Positions 13,940-25,955 of a DNA stretch of 64,000 nt are shown here, piece after piece (position 1 is the first letter of the stretch; each line of letters begins with the position of its first letter). A model generated the notes under the pieces. That model had not been told where the DNA came from. It was given only the letters and a program-made list of their open reading frames with translations, and ran no database searches. Origin of the DNA: Stegostoma tigrinum (Eukaryota); contig NC_081367.1 in assembly GCF_030684315.1 (NCBI RefSeq), positions 18,148,792 to 18,212,791 of the forward strand, read 5' to 3'. A program made the translations under genes and the position numbers.

Positions 13940-15640
13940 TTTCCAAAGTTGCAGGCTTGTATGACAGAAAAAAAAAATCTCCTCACCTTTGTCCTAAAAG
14001 AATGATTCCTAATCTTAAAACAGTACCTCTAGGTTTGGACTGTCCAATAAGGAAAAAAAAAATCATCCATTTTACATTCACTTTGGCAGGATCTTAACTT
14101 CTCCACTCCAGTGGAAATACATCCAGTCTGTTTAACCTTTCCTCTTTCCTCTTAAGACAATCCACTTTTTTTGGGTATCAATCTAGTGAACCTTCTCTGA
14201 ACTGTCTGCAATGTGTTTCAATCCTTCCTTCAGTCAGCAGAACAAAACCCCACACAACATTCAACATGTGGTCTTACCAATGGCCTGTGTAAATGAAGTG
14301 CAACCATTTTATTTTTATATTCAATATTTTATATTCCCTTTCTTTCAGAATAAGTGGTCACATATCCCATTAGCCTCCTTGTTGACATGCTGTACCTGCA
14401 TACTAATGTTATTTTTAATTACGCATTGAAACACCTGAATTCCTCTGCAGAGATATTAGGAACTGCAGATGCTGGAGAATTTGAGATAACAAGGTGTAAA
14501 GCTGAATGAAGACAGCAGGCCAAGCAGCATCAGAGGAGCAGGAAGGCTGATGTTTTGGGCCGAAACCCTTCTTCAGAAAAACGGTTTGAAGAAGGGTCTA
14601 GGCCCATAACATCAGCCTTCCTGCTCCTCTGATGCTGCTTGGCCTGCTGTGTTCATCCAGCTCTACACCTTGAATTCCTCTGCACCTCAATTGCTGCAGC
14701 TGTTCTTCATTTACATAATAATCTGTTTTTTTATTCTTCCTTCCAAAATAAATAACTTCACATTTTCCCATATTATACTCACTTCTTTTTACCCACTCCC
14801 TCAACCTATCTATATCCTTATGTAAATTCCTTTCGACTTCTTCAAAACATACTTTTCTACCTGTCCTCATGTCAGTTCCAAATTTAGATGCCATGTCAAA
14901 CTAAGTCATTGATGTAAATTGTAAAAAGATGAGTTGCTTTCTCAGACCCCACTCAATTAGACCAAGACCCATTTAGGCATTCTCTCTGTTTGCTGGCAGC
15001 TAGCCAATCTCCCATCCATGCAAAATCACAAAGAACTTAATTTTGGCACAGATTATCATTTCCAAAACCGCTCGAGCGTTCTAGTAAATTGTTTGTTTCC
15101 ACCACTTCTATGTTTACCATAACAAATATCTCTTCCATCTTTCTTTTCTTCCCTCTATTTCCTGAGCACCTTGTACTCTGCATTATTTGATATGCAGTCC
15201 TGCTGTTTTTAGATTCAGGTCTTTGTTGTTGCCTCAACATTATATTACACATATCTATTTCTGCTTGCAGCTGACCAGTTTTACTTGCAACACTTTGCAC
15301 ACTCACATACATGCATAGTGAACCCGAATTAGATTTTACTGTGCTTCCTTTCAGCCTCATTGACAAAATTTCTTCCTGTGATGCTATCTGTTTCTTTCAA
15401 TTCTTTATGCTCCTTATTTTTTCTTTCCAATGCCACGTTTTGGTATCTATCTTCTTGCCAGTTTTATCTAAACTCTCTCTTATAGCTTTAGCGAACTGCC
15501 CACAGGCAAGCAGGTGTCTGCCCTGTGTTTCATTCAACCCATCTAGTTTGTACAGATCCCAGTTCCTCAGAACCAATCTCAATGTTCCATGATTCAAAAA
15601 AATTTCACTTTATACCGTCTCTCCAGCTATATATTTACCT
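13940..15640 (-). mobile_element. Fragmented CR1 LINE (ORF1 esterase-like and ORF2 RT pieces)
   Basis: SKFGTD..RNLHKDIDRLREWVK..YNMGKCEVIYFGRKN (CR1 RT C-terminus) and WDLYKLDGLN (ORF1 LYxxDGLH-like motif). Confidence 0.7.
14450..14670. mobile_element. Palindromic PLE mini-element (family B) with TSD
   Basis: Inverted arms around 14580-14586; TGAATTCCTCTGCA at 14436-14449 and 14671-14684. Confidence 0.88.
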
Positions 15641-15744
15641 CCTGTTGTGTGTGAAATTGTCCCTCAAGATGAAGAAGACCTTTGCTCTTCACAAGAATCT
15701 ATGCATAGAATATCTTAACATGGACGTGTTGTCATGCTTTGGCT

Positions 15745-15945
15745 AGCACATTGTTCTGCCTGATGAGGAAACCCAACCACACTCACTGTTTGCCACAGAT
15801 GTATTGAAATGATTTACAAATTACTAACCAAGCTGTTTGGAAACATAACGACATCTGTGGTCATCAAGGCCTGGTGGTATGGCTTGAACCCAGAGCTTTC
15901 TGGCCCTGATATAGGGACATTACCAATGCTCCACAAGACCTCCTT
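15745..15945 (-). mobile_element. tRNA-derived SINE remnant
   Basis: Reverse strand shows GGGTTCAAGCC B-box and a tRNA-like head; related to 2765-2880. Confidence 0.45.
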
Positions 15946-16388
15946 CTCCTATTTATCTACTGAATGGGCCTGGGACTGATTTTTGTTTCCTTTCTAGCTT
16001 CTTAACAAGCTGCCTATAAAACTGCATCCCTCTTTCCACATCGATTGAAACTGATATGGACCATGACCTTTGGCTGTTCACTTACCTTCCTCAGAAGGTT
16101 TGGTAACCACTCAAGTATATCCTCAAATAATCTCCTTTCTGTTCCTCTAGAGATAGACTACCAACTATTAATGCTGACTTAACAAACCTCCTCCTCTCCC
16201 TCGATCCACCCACGTTATCATAACCTTGCCTGTGCCCGCTCTTATGAAATGAACCATAATTTTCAGCATACCAGTTCAGGAGTGAAACACATTCAATGGA
16301 CTCAAGATGTATTTGCTTGGTCTTTGTTGACTTTAAGGTAATTGTTCATCCCATGGCTGCCTCCACATCCTTCAGGTGAAGAGTGACC

Positions 16389-17551
16389 AAATGAGAGGAA
16401 GAGCTGACCAGAATATGGAAATGAGCTGCCACCAGATCATTTCCATCTACAAGAGATGCTGAGAATCCAGACTCAGAACTTTGTTGAGGACAATTGACAT
16501 CATCTGCAGTTCTTCTATTAACGGCTGAACAAACCATTTCTGGAAAGTACAGCCTTCTCTGTCCCATTACTCTGTTGGAGGGGTTCCTACAACTCTACAG
16601 GGCCTACTTCCCTCAACTCCCTCAAGTTTAATTTTAACATACCTGTCACCCAGAACACCCAGTGACATTACAGAAGCATCATAGCTGCCAGTCTTCTGAT
16701 TGGCCAACATCATCAGAAACCTTCCAATTGCTGCCCTAAATTGGATGGCAAGTCTGCAGGAAATTAGGAAGTCGCTTCTGGGAATGTTGTTGACTCCGTC
16801 CTGTGTCCTGGAAGGATGGCCTCAGGATTTATTTTTGGCCCAGTGTCTGCAGTGAAATTTATTCTGTAATTCCTGTTTGCAACACTCATCACTGATAGCA
16901 CAGAGTTAAACTCATCTAGCTAGAATTAAAACTCAAGAATAAAACAGTTTGCTCAGGAAGTGGTCTAGGATTACGGTTTTTGTGTCAATTCGATTACAAT
17001 GTACAAATATAAATACATCTGCTCAGAAGAAAAGCAGTGGGCAATGTGAGAACAAGGGTCTGTTTCTGGATGATGAAGCAAAATTCCAAACTTTGGGAGG
17101 TAATGGCAGAAAAAAGAAGGAAAGGAAGTTGTGTCCTTGTCACTGAGGATTCTACACTTCACAGCACTGCTCAATAAAGGGTGTCAAAGTCACTGTGGCC
17201 TTGAAAGTCTTTGCTTCTGGCTCCTTGCAAGGATCAACTGCACACCTTGGACAATGGCATCTCACAAATGACATTGCACAACTGCATCTCTCTGGTCAGA
17301 AAGTATTTTCTTTCCCAGAATTGGACAGCACATTAATTTAACAAAAGGCACTGTCTTATGGGGACAGGGAGTATTGGGTTTCCCTCCCATCACTCTATTC
17401 CCCCAAAAGGAAGGTTTCATTGGTACATTCATGGGGTTATCAAAGCACCTAGTGGCCAACTGGTAAATTTCAACAACAGGAAGGGATTCTATTCCCTCAG
17501 TGTCCAACTGGTCTGCAACCATTACAAGAGTTTTCTCGTAGTTGTTATGAA
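16389..17551 (-). repeat. Right arm of the ~1.16-kb inverted duplication (includes part of the Harbinger transposase remnant, here on +)
   Basis: Reverse complement of 9120-10280. Confidence 0.95.
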
Positions 17552-18988
17552 ATGGATTTAATTCTGACATGCTAGAGATTGCCGCAAACATGAGAAACAG
17601 TGAATTAGTTCGAGCTTAGAAGAGGACAGATACATAGACAGTTATGTATTTTACAGCCAATCACTGAAGGTAGGATCCATGAACCTGATCGAGGGTGTGA
17701 GTGGCTGTAAGAGTGAGAGCGAATAACTGGCTGCGAATGTGTGTGTGAAGGAGGTGCCTGAGTGATATGTACCTGGTTGTGTTGGTGAATGGGTGCATGT
17801 GTGATAGGAAGTCTCACATCTCCAATTCATAGGTATGTGTCACTGGTATATGCAACCAATGGCAGCCAAGCTCATTTCAGCCTCAAAGTTATTTCTGGTA
17901 TGAATTACTGCCCCTCCAACAACTGCAGCTGAAGACTAGTTAAAGACCAGGAAATGCCGATAGAGATTATCATTGCTGTCAAATGATTTTTCCTTCTGGG
18001 CTTGTATTCTTTTGAATACTCAAGATGTAGACTTGATCCTTTGAGGTATTTTAAAAAAGTTAAAACTATTCAATATAATATAGTCAAATTATTCCCTCAG
18101 GCTGGGGACATTGTCTTAAAACTAGACCTAAGCCTTTTAGGAGCTAAATAGTGAAACACTTCTTCACATAAATGAGTGGTAATAATCTGGCGCTGAATTT
18201 TGTGGTGCTTGGAGATGCCCAAGCATTGAGGCTGAAAGTGGGAGGTAACCACCATTCAGGAGAAGGTGCAATAAGTCCAATAAATTCATACTTACTGATT
18301 CCCTTATCATGGACGTTCATTTTACAGAAGTTGTATGCGATTAAAATCAAAGTTAAAAACAACATTGATGCACAAAAATTGTGAATCATCCAGGTCAGTT
18401 TCTGACCTAAAATAGATCAGAGAGGAATTAAAATTTGTCATGCACTGCACAAATCAGTGAAGTGTAGATTTATTCAAGCAAAGTTATTAGTTCTACCATA
18501 TTGCTTTATATTGGCAGATATACTAACGTCTAGAGCTGTTATATAATTTCTTGTGGTCACATGCACCATTTTTGTTTGGAAATAAGATACAAATATTTGG
18601 TGAAAAAATGGTAGCTAAACTTCGTGCAAGGAATGCTCCCAAATATTGTAGTTTGGAAAATATGGCAATTTACGTCCTTTGTTTGCATACTTAAGCAAAG
18701 TGAGATTTTTGAATAAGGTTTTAGGAAATGGAGAAAAATCAACATTAAAAAGTGTAACTCACATACTATGTCCTGTAAACATTTAAAAATAACATAGCTA
18801 ACCTCCCATTTTAATACTGTTGTGTCATCCATAAACCGGGCCAAAATTATGATATTAGATTCTTGACTAGAATTGCTTTTAACCTCATGGGTCTTTTGTT
18901 TTAAGGCCACCACTCAGATTTTTGGGATAGGTGGTAGCTGAAATATAAACATTCTGAGCTCAATTCGAAACTAGTTGTTGAGGAATGT

Positions 18989-19036
18989 TTCTGTGAATTA
19001 TTGATTGTAAACTTCTGTGAATTATTGATTGTAAAC
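18989..19036. repeat. Perfect 24-bp tandem duplication
   Basis: TTCTGTGAATTATTGATTGTAAAC x2. Confidence 0.9.
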
Positions 19037-20619
19037 CCCTTAGCTGAAGAGAGCACATAGTTGAATCCAGGAAAAATGCTCAGAATTTAAACATTGATTA
19101 TATTCCCTTATACAAATACCTTTAGCATTATGAAACGTACCTGCGCACCCTAGATACAAAAGTTTCACGTGTAGTGGAATCATTCTGTGGTTTGATCTTG
19201 GTAACATTCAAATGCATGCAGCATTCAATCAGAAATAAACTAGAGCTAAGCAATACTGAATGTGACATCTTTACAGTCTGTTAAGTCCAATTGTAGAAAT
19301 GTGAATCAGTTCCATCCTCCCCATCTTTTTAACCCCATGCTTGGCCACAACAAAGATTTTTAATTTTTTTAAGTACTCAGCTGTCACACTTCAATTTAAA
19401 CTCGCATGATGTTTGAAATTCCAATTTTGTAATTCAAATCTAAAAATGCTGCTATTGAATTGAGACTAATGTATAAATAATGTTGACTAATGACTTCCAT
19501 TCTAAAAAGACATTGGATGGAATTTTATTCTTGTCCTGGAAGCAGACGAGGAGATGGGTGGTTGATTTAATTTGACAGGAAGGGCTGGGTGAGACCCACC
19601 ACCAGCCTGACTCACTACCATCAAGTCCGTGTTGGGAAGTTTCAAGGATTGCCTTCCTGTCTGAATGATGATTGAAATCTTTAATTGCTCAATTAATGTC
19701 CATTCAAGGGTGGGAAACTGGGGCCGTGACGTGTGTACTACCCTCCAGGCACATTTGACAGGCTGTGTTTGTCTTCCCTTCTGCCTGATGAGACTAAGAC
19801 CAGCAGACCCCTTGAACGATCCTGGGTAAAGACCTCCACCTGCCCTAAATGCGAAGCAAAGACTGCTTCCCAACCTCCTCCAGCACCCATTGGCTTGTGT
19901 ATGCCTTACTCTGATGAACTCACTCCAGTTGCCAAATGCCATGGGCATAAACATAAATCCTCTGCCTTGGACTTCTGAAGTATCAGCAGTAACCACCATT
20001 CCTGGTTGTGCTGTGGTGATGGAGAGCTGCAGGGCCATCGTACCTTCTGGAAAATTCATCTTTTCTGTGGACGCCGATTCCAAGCAGGAATGTGCCTGAG
20101 TGAGTTGGGTCAGTCACAGAATGGCTACAGTGGTATTTTCACTGGATCTCTAAACAATGAATGCACCCACTAACAAAGGCAATAAATTTCACTCCATGAG
20201 TTTACTGTTGGCCAACCAAGTAACTGCAATTTACTGTTTGTTCTACTGTAAACAGTATTTATTGAAACTCTGAGGTTAAAATTGATGATAAGGAGGAACA
20301 CTAAGGAAATTAATAGGCATCAGGTGCAAGTTGGTGGAGTTGTGATTTGAATTTGTGATACATATATAGCAGAGCATTTACTTTTTTAGTAAGATATTTG
20401 AAACATAAGAAGAATCAAACTTTCAGCATTTTGCTTTCCTCCCAATGTAACTGTTTAATCAAATTTTCTCCAAACTGATTAAAAGCATATAGAATAGATC
20501 CACTTCCTTTTACTCAGTATCTGCGTGAGAAAGTGCTTCTACATCAATACCCTGTTTCTCATTGCCACACAACTGGCATTTATACAACAAGTTTAATATT
20601 GCAAAACATCCTAAAGCAC

Positions 20620-20827
20620 ATCAATACAATGTGGAGCTGGAGGAATAGAGCATGTTAGACAGCAGCAGAGGAGCAGGCAAGTCAACATTTCAGGTTGGGA
20701 CTGAATAAGGTTCCCAACCTGAAATGTTGACTTTCCTGCTCCTCTGATGCTGCCTGACCTGTTGTGTTCCTCCAGTCCCACACTGTATTGACTCTGACTC
20801 CAGCATCTGTAGTTCTTGCTATCTCTG
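20620..20827. mobile_element. Older palindromic PLE mini-element, long arm on the right
   Basis: Inverted arms about 20700-20710; degenerate TSD CATCCTAAAGCAC / CATTCTGAAGCAC. Confidence 0.75.
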
Positions 20828-20829
20828 AT

Positions 20830-21240
20830 CATTCTGAAGCACTATATAGGAACATTGTCAAACCACTTCATTCCGAGTCTCAATGGGAGATGAGAACAAA
20901 TAATGATGTGTTGTCAGGGAGATAGGTTTTCAAGGAGCATTTTAAGGGAATAAACAGATAGAGAGAGAGGTGGAGAGATTTAGGGCAGATATTCCACAGC
21001 TCAGGGCCTCAGAAACTGCAAGCATGGCTGTGAATGGTAGAGCAATTTAAAGCGGAGATGTATTTGAAGCCAGAATAGAGTTTTAAGCAGTTTAATGACT
21101 GGAGGACATTGCAGAGTGGGAAGGCCAAGATCAAGTAATGATTTAAAAACAAGAATGACCATTTTAAAATTGAGGTGTTGTGGAAAGGGAGCCAATGCAG
21201 ATCAGTGAGCGGAGGTAATAGATGAATGTGAATTGGTATG
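20830..21240 (-). mobile_element. L2 LINE 3' fragment
   Basis: PQHLNFKMVILVFKSLLDLG resembles the L2 ORF2 C-terminal motif; related pieces at ~36230-36600(+) and ~37780-38090(-). Confidence 0.55.
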
Positions 21241-21290
21241 ACTTACAATATAAGCAATTGCAATGTTAAGAGTAGATTTTAGTTTCACAC

Positions 21291-21560
21291 CTTTAGAATT
21301 GTTGCCTTTAACTTCTCTAGTGTCTGTGGGTCACTGGTTGCATTACTGACTGGATTTTCTGCCACACATTTGTACATGTATTGGTCCTGTTCATGACCAT
21401 AACTTATCACCAGTTCAGCTCCATCAATGATTCTATTGGTGGCTCCAGACAGGGATTGTTTTCCAGTGTAATGTGACATCTGTTCCCTTGGAGACAGAGC
21501 AGCCCAGGCTGACAATTATAGTTGAACAATTTATTTTTATGAACAGCTTGGAAACTGGCT
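21291..21560 (-). pseudogene. Ig C2-domain exon of a CD2/SLAM-like pseudogene
   Basis: Acceptor TCTATTTTAG; phase-1 (E)PVSKLFIKINCSTIIVSLGCSVSKGTDVTLHW, frameshift at ~21460, then KQSLSGATNRIIDGAELVISYGHEQDQYMYKCVAENPVSNATSDP; 3' boundary uncertain. Confidence 0.8.
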
Positions 21561-22471
21561 CTAAAATAGAGACAACAGTTCAGAGGTGAATGATAAGACT
21601 TTACTGTATTTCTTATTCTTGGTATTATATCTCATACTTATTCTTCCAATTTTGTTTTGCCATTTTACATTTAGTGGGAAATAATTGCTCAATTTTGATT
21701 ATTGTTGGAAAGAGAGACATATTGCCAAAAGTATTTCTCTCTTTAAGAATTCTTTCCTCATGGTAATGCCTCAGACAATCATAGTGAAATTGCCAACCAA
21801 TCAGCACCCTGTTCTCCTGCAGTAAAAATCATTGAGATTATTTGAAATTTGGTTTTTGTGAGTTTGTTCTGATGAGTGCAAAATCAAAAGCACCAGCAAC
21901 AAGTCTCTGTGTTCAGTAATTTTCAAATACTTAGTCACATTCCAACGGAGAACAGAAGTATATATTGCTGAATTGCCAGAAATGATTGTTTTATCACGCA
22001 CACAAATAAAAGCTTGGAAAAAAAGATACTGTCACTTAAATCTCTCTCCAGAAAAAAATCTCCAGTTAATTCTATAAAGCTCCTGCAGGCTGAAAAAAAA
22101 TCAATGTGAAAGATATAAACGCACAACCTCCAAAATAAGAACAGAAATTTCCGAGATAACAAGGTGTAGATCTGGATTAACACAGCAGGCCATGCAGCAT
22201 CAGAGAAGTAGGCCTAGAATTTCCTGTTTGCTGAAGCTGGTGAATGTTCTGTATGAATGAAGCTTCTGGAAGAATAAGAAGTGTGCCCTCAGGGTGAATA
22301 TATTATCATTCTCCTCCTCTATCGCATTTCTGACCTCAGTTACAGTCCTCATTAGGGGCTAAGAACTTTTTCACTGAGTGAGCATAGCAATACACTTTCT
22401 CATAATTGTTACACATTCACATTGAGTTTATATTAATGTTTATTTTAAAATTATATGATAAAGCAATGTAC

Positions 22472-23001
22472 CAAACACTGGAAAATCAAATAATATTTCA
22501 TTTGTCTCCATCACTGCTGCATCACTGCAATTAATTTGTATTCCATACAGTTTGGTATCATTAATCTATACATTCTGCAGCACCAAAGAATCTTGTGTGT
22601 CTTTGCAGTCTGTTTTCATACAATAGACGTTAGATGCCTTCAAGGCAGAGATCGACAAATTCTTGATCTCACAAGGAATCAAGGGTTATGGGGAAAGTGC
22701 AGGGGAGTGGAGTTGAAATGCCCATCAGCCATGATTTAAATGGCGGAGTTGGACTTGATGGGCCGAATGGCCTTACTTCCACTCCCATGTCTTATGGTCT
22801 TATGGTCTAATATATGTTTGTGAAATGTATGCATTCCCCAATAAGTAAGTTTAGCATAAATTGGTGATTTTGACAGAAATGTTACTTCATACTGGGTTCC
22901 ACACTGGACAGACAAGGGAAACAAAATCTGTTCACCTACAATTGCGTTCATGATAGATTTGGCTGAGATCTCTGTCATACATGGTGTAAATAAATGGAAC
23001 A
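22472..23001 (-). pseudogene. Ig V-type N-terminal domain exon of a CD2/SLAM-like pseudogene
   Basis: Acceptor TTCCCTTCTAG; VFHLFTPCMTEISAKSIMNAIVGEQILFPLSVQ..LTYWG..HKHIL[LINE]YENRLQRH, frameshift, DSLVLQNV*INDTKLYGIQINCS..FDFPVF, phase-1 donor GTAC joining E-PVS of the next exon. Confidence 0.78.
22626..22808 (+). mobile_element. 5'-truncated CR1 LINE 3' end inserted in the V exon
   Basis: TTCAAGGCAGAGATCGACAAATTCTTG...GGGCCGAATGGCCT...(TCTTATGG)n tail; flanking AATA repeat (22622-22625, 22809-22812) whose removal restores the HKHILYENR frame. Confidence 0.85.
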
Positions 23002-23092
23002 CTAGAAGGGAAATTAAACATATGTACAGTCAATTAATGAAAATGTATCCTCCTGAACAACAATAAAGTTAATAGTTCCAAAAATATTTTAC

Positions 23093-23111
23093 CTGAAATC
23101 AGCATCAGCAT
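23093..23111 (-). pseudogene. Probable leader (start-codon) exon of the CD2/SLAM-like pseudogene
   Basis: ATG CTG ATG CTG ATT TCA G|GTAAAA, phase 1, giving signal-like MLMLISVFHLFTPCMT; upstream acceptor TTTTGTCCTTTTGCAG at ~23208. Confidence 0.5.
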
Positions 23112-23466
23112 TTTCACATTGAGGAGATAGAAGTTTTCTTTTGTACCTGTGCTGCATACTATTTTATTTTAGTTTCTTGTTTTCGAAAGCTGATTCCAAA
23201 AGAATTTTATCTGCAAAAGGACAAAATATATTTTTGAGTAATGGTATTGTCATTTTATAGACTCTAAATTTCATTTAATTGGAGTAGGGTTGAGGCATTT
23301 TGTAGTGTGTGCAGAAACATCAATGATGGACATGGGTCATTGTACTAGAGACCATCAAGACTAAGAGAATTGGAGTTCTGTCAATTGAAGGTGGAAAAGA
23401 TAATGTTTGCTGCCAGGCTTGCATTTAACACTGCAACAATCCAAGTAGAAACAAGCAACTGAAACA

Positions 23467-25341
23467 TTTTCTCCCCTTTGGTCCAGGAACTCGCTACCTA
23501 CGTCCGTGACACCACCCATGCCCTCCACCTCCTCCAGGAGTTCCAATTCCCTGGCCCCCAACACCTCATTTTCACCATGGACGTCCAGTCCCTATACACC
23601 TGTATTCCGCATGCAGATGGCCTCAAGGCCCTCCGCTACTTCCTGTCCCGCAGGCCCAACCAGTCCCCTCCACCGACACCCTCATCCGCCTAGCCGAACT
23701 CGTCCTGACCCTCAACAACTTCTCTTTCGATTCCTCCCACTTCCTACAGAGGAAGGGGGTGGCCATGGGCACCCGCATGGGCCCCAGCTATGCCTGCCTC
23801 TTTGTAGGTAACGTGGAACAGTCCCTTTTCTGCACCTACAAAGGCCCCAAACCCCACCTCCTCCTCCATTACATTGATGACTGTATCAGCGCCGCCTCTT
23901 GCTCCCCAGAGGAGCTCGAACAGTTCATCCACTTCACCAACACCTTCCACCCCAACCTTCAGTTCACCTGGGCCATCTCCAGCACATCCCTCACCATCCT
24001 GGAACTCTCAGTCTCCATCTCAGGCAACCAGCTTGTAACTGATGTCCATTTCAATCCCACTGACTCCCACAGCTACCTAGAATACACCTCCTCCCACCCA
24101 CCCTCCTGCAAAAATTCCATCCCCTATTCCCAATTCCTCCGCCTCTGCCGCATCTGCTCCCACGATGAGGCATTCCACTCCCGCACATCCCAGATGTCCA
24201 AGTTCTTCAAGGACCACAACTTTCCCCCCACAGTGGTCGAGAACGCCCTTGACCGCGTCTCCCGCATTGCCCGCAACACATCCCTCACACCCCGCCCCCG
24301 CCATAACTGCCCAAAGAGGATCCCCCTCGTTCTCACACACCACCCCACCAACCTCCGGAAACAACGCATCATCCTCCGACACTTGCGCCATCTACAATCC
24401 GACCCCACCACCCAAGATATTTTTCCATCCCCACCCTTGTCTGCTTTCCGGAGAGACCACTCTCTCCGTGACTCCCTTGTTTGATCCACACTGCCCTCCA
24501 ACCCCACCACACCCGGCACCTTCCCCTGCAACCGCAGGAAATGCTACGCTTGCCCCCACACCTCCTCCCTCACCCCTATCCCAGGCCACAAGATGACTTT
24601 CCATATTAAGCAGAGGTTCACCTGCACATCTGCCAATGTGGTATATTGCATCCATTGTACACGGTGTGTCTTCCTCTACATTGGGGAAACCAAGCGGAGG
24701 CTTGGGGACCGCTTTGCAGAACACCTCCGCTCGGTTCGCAATAAACAACTGCACCTCCCAGTCGCAAACCATTCCCACTCCCATTCTTTAGATGACATGT
24801 CCATCATGGGCCTCCTGCAGTGCCACAATGATGCCACCCGAAGGTTGCAGGAACAGCAACTCATATTCCGCTTGGGAACCCTGCAGCCCAATGGTATCAA
24901 TGTGGACTTCACCAGCTTCAAAATCTCTCCTTCCCCCACTGCATCCCAAAACCAGCCAAGCCTGTCTCCGCATCCCTAGCCTGTTCTTCCTCTCACCCAT
25001 CCCTTCCTCCCACCCCAAGCCGCACCTCCATTTCCTACCTACTAACCTCATCCTACCTCCTTGACCTGTCCGTCTTCCCTGGACTGACCTATCCCCTCCC
25101 CACCTCCCCACCTATACTCTCCTCTCCACCTATCTTCTTTTCTCTCCACCTTGGTTCCGCCTCCCCCTCTCTTCCTATTTATTCCAGAACCCTCACCCCA
25201 TCCCCCTATCTGATGAAGGGTCTAGGCCTGAAACGTCAGCGTTTGTGCTCCTGAGATGCTGCTTGGCCTGCTGTGTTCATCCAGCTTCACACTTTATTAT
25301 CTCGGATTCTCCAGCATCTGCAGTTCCCATTATCACTGTTA
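23467..25341 (+). mobile_element. 5'-truncated Penelope-like retroelement (Neptune-like), RT + GIY-YIG, defective
   Basis: FTMDVQSLYT, GVAMGTRMGPSYACLF, YIDD (RT); CNRRKCxxC linker; NVVYCIHCTRC..YIGETKRRLGDRFAEH (GIY-YIG); frameshifts and a stop; TSD CAACTGAAACA at 23456-23466 and 25342-25352. Confidence 0.93.
25210..25237 (+). ncRNA. Minimal type I hammerhead ribozyme motif in PLE pLTR
   Basis: CTGATGA-A-GGG-tctagg-CCT-GAAAC-GTC (G-U wobble in stem II). Confidence 0.65.
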
Positions 25342-25842
25342 CAACTGAAACAAACGTTTGAGACGTCCAGGTCAAGGGCCTGGAAAAGAATCAAGAAGAA
25401 GATGAGTTATTTTTTTTAGAAAAAAAACGAAATGTTTGGAACTGACAAAAAGGAGAAAAAAATCTTCAATGATGGGAAGAAAAGCTGTGACAGAAGAATT
25501 TGAGATAGAGAATCTGTCAGATGACCAGCTGTATCTTCAGTTTCGTTAGCAAGTCAGAGAATCTCCGCGCATGCAATAGTGTCCCAACCCTAAGCTGTTT
25601 GGGGTTTGGTTTGACTACCTATGTTTTAAATACATCATTACCATCTGGCAGAAAAATTCATCAGCTTTCAGGCATGGGAATCGGAATTTGCGGCAGGAAT
25701 ACAGCACACCAAGAAAGAGAATAAACTTACCTCGCTTGCTGCAGAAGACTGAGCCAGTTAAGAGATGTCACTGTTGAGGGAGAAGGGTATGAGTGAGGCT
25801 ACAGACAGCGTGTAAGAGAAGCTGCCTGGGTGAAGGTTAATA

Positions 25843-25955
25843 AAAACGAAGTTGCTGGAAAACCTCAGAAGGTCTGGCAGCATTTATGAAGGAAAAAGAG
25901 TTAACGTTTCGGGTCCGGAGGCCCTTCCTCAGAACTGTTCTGAAGAAGGGTCAAG
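25843..25955. mobile_element. Truncated family C hairpin PLE derivative
   Basis: GTTAACGTTTCGGGTCCGGAGGCCCTTCCTCAGAAC-TGTTCTGAAGAAGGGTC: inverted hammerhead-core halves. Confidence 0.6.

Noticed and set aside
9120-17551. An 8.4-kb DNA transposon with 1.16-kb TIRs
   Set aside because: No TSD at the outer ends, the left arm runs on into older Harbinger sequence, and the interior is ordinary decayed LINE material
19502-20083. 193-aa minus-strand ORF
   Set aside because: No recognisable domain or splice context; the region starts with a Harbinger-TIR-like GGATGGAATTTT and looks like an old non-autonomous repeat
18557-20340. Candidate transmembrane/cytoplasmic exons of the Ig pseudogene (acceptor near 18938, hydrophobic stretch near 20280-20320)
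   Set aside because: No consistent frame, clear TM helix or ITSM motif could be assembled by eye
24482-24484. In-frame TGA in the PLE ORF as possible selenocysteine (as in Naiad PLEs)
   Set aside because: Sister copies have CGC (Arg) at this position (~31311, ~56256); it is a decay mutation at a non-Cys site
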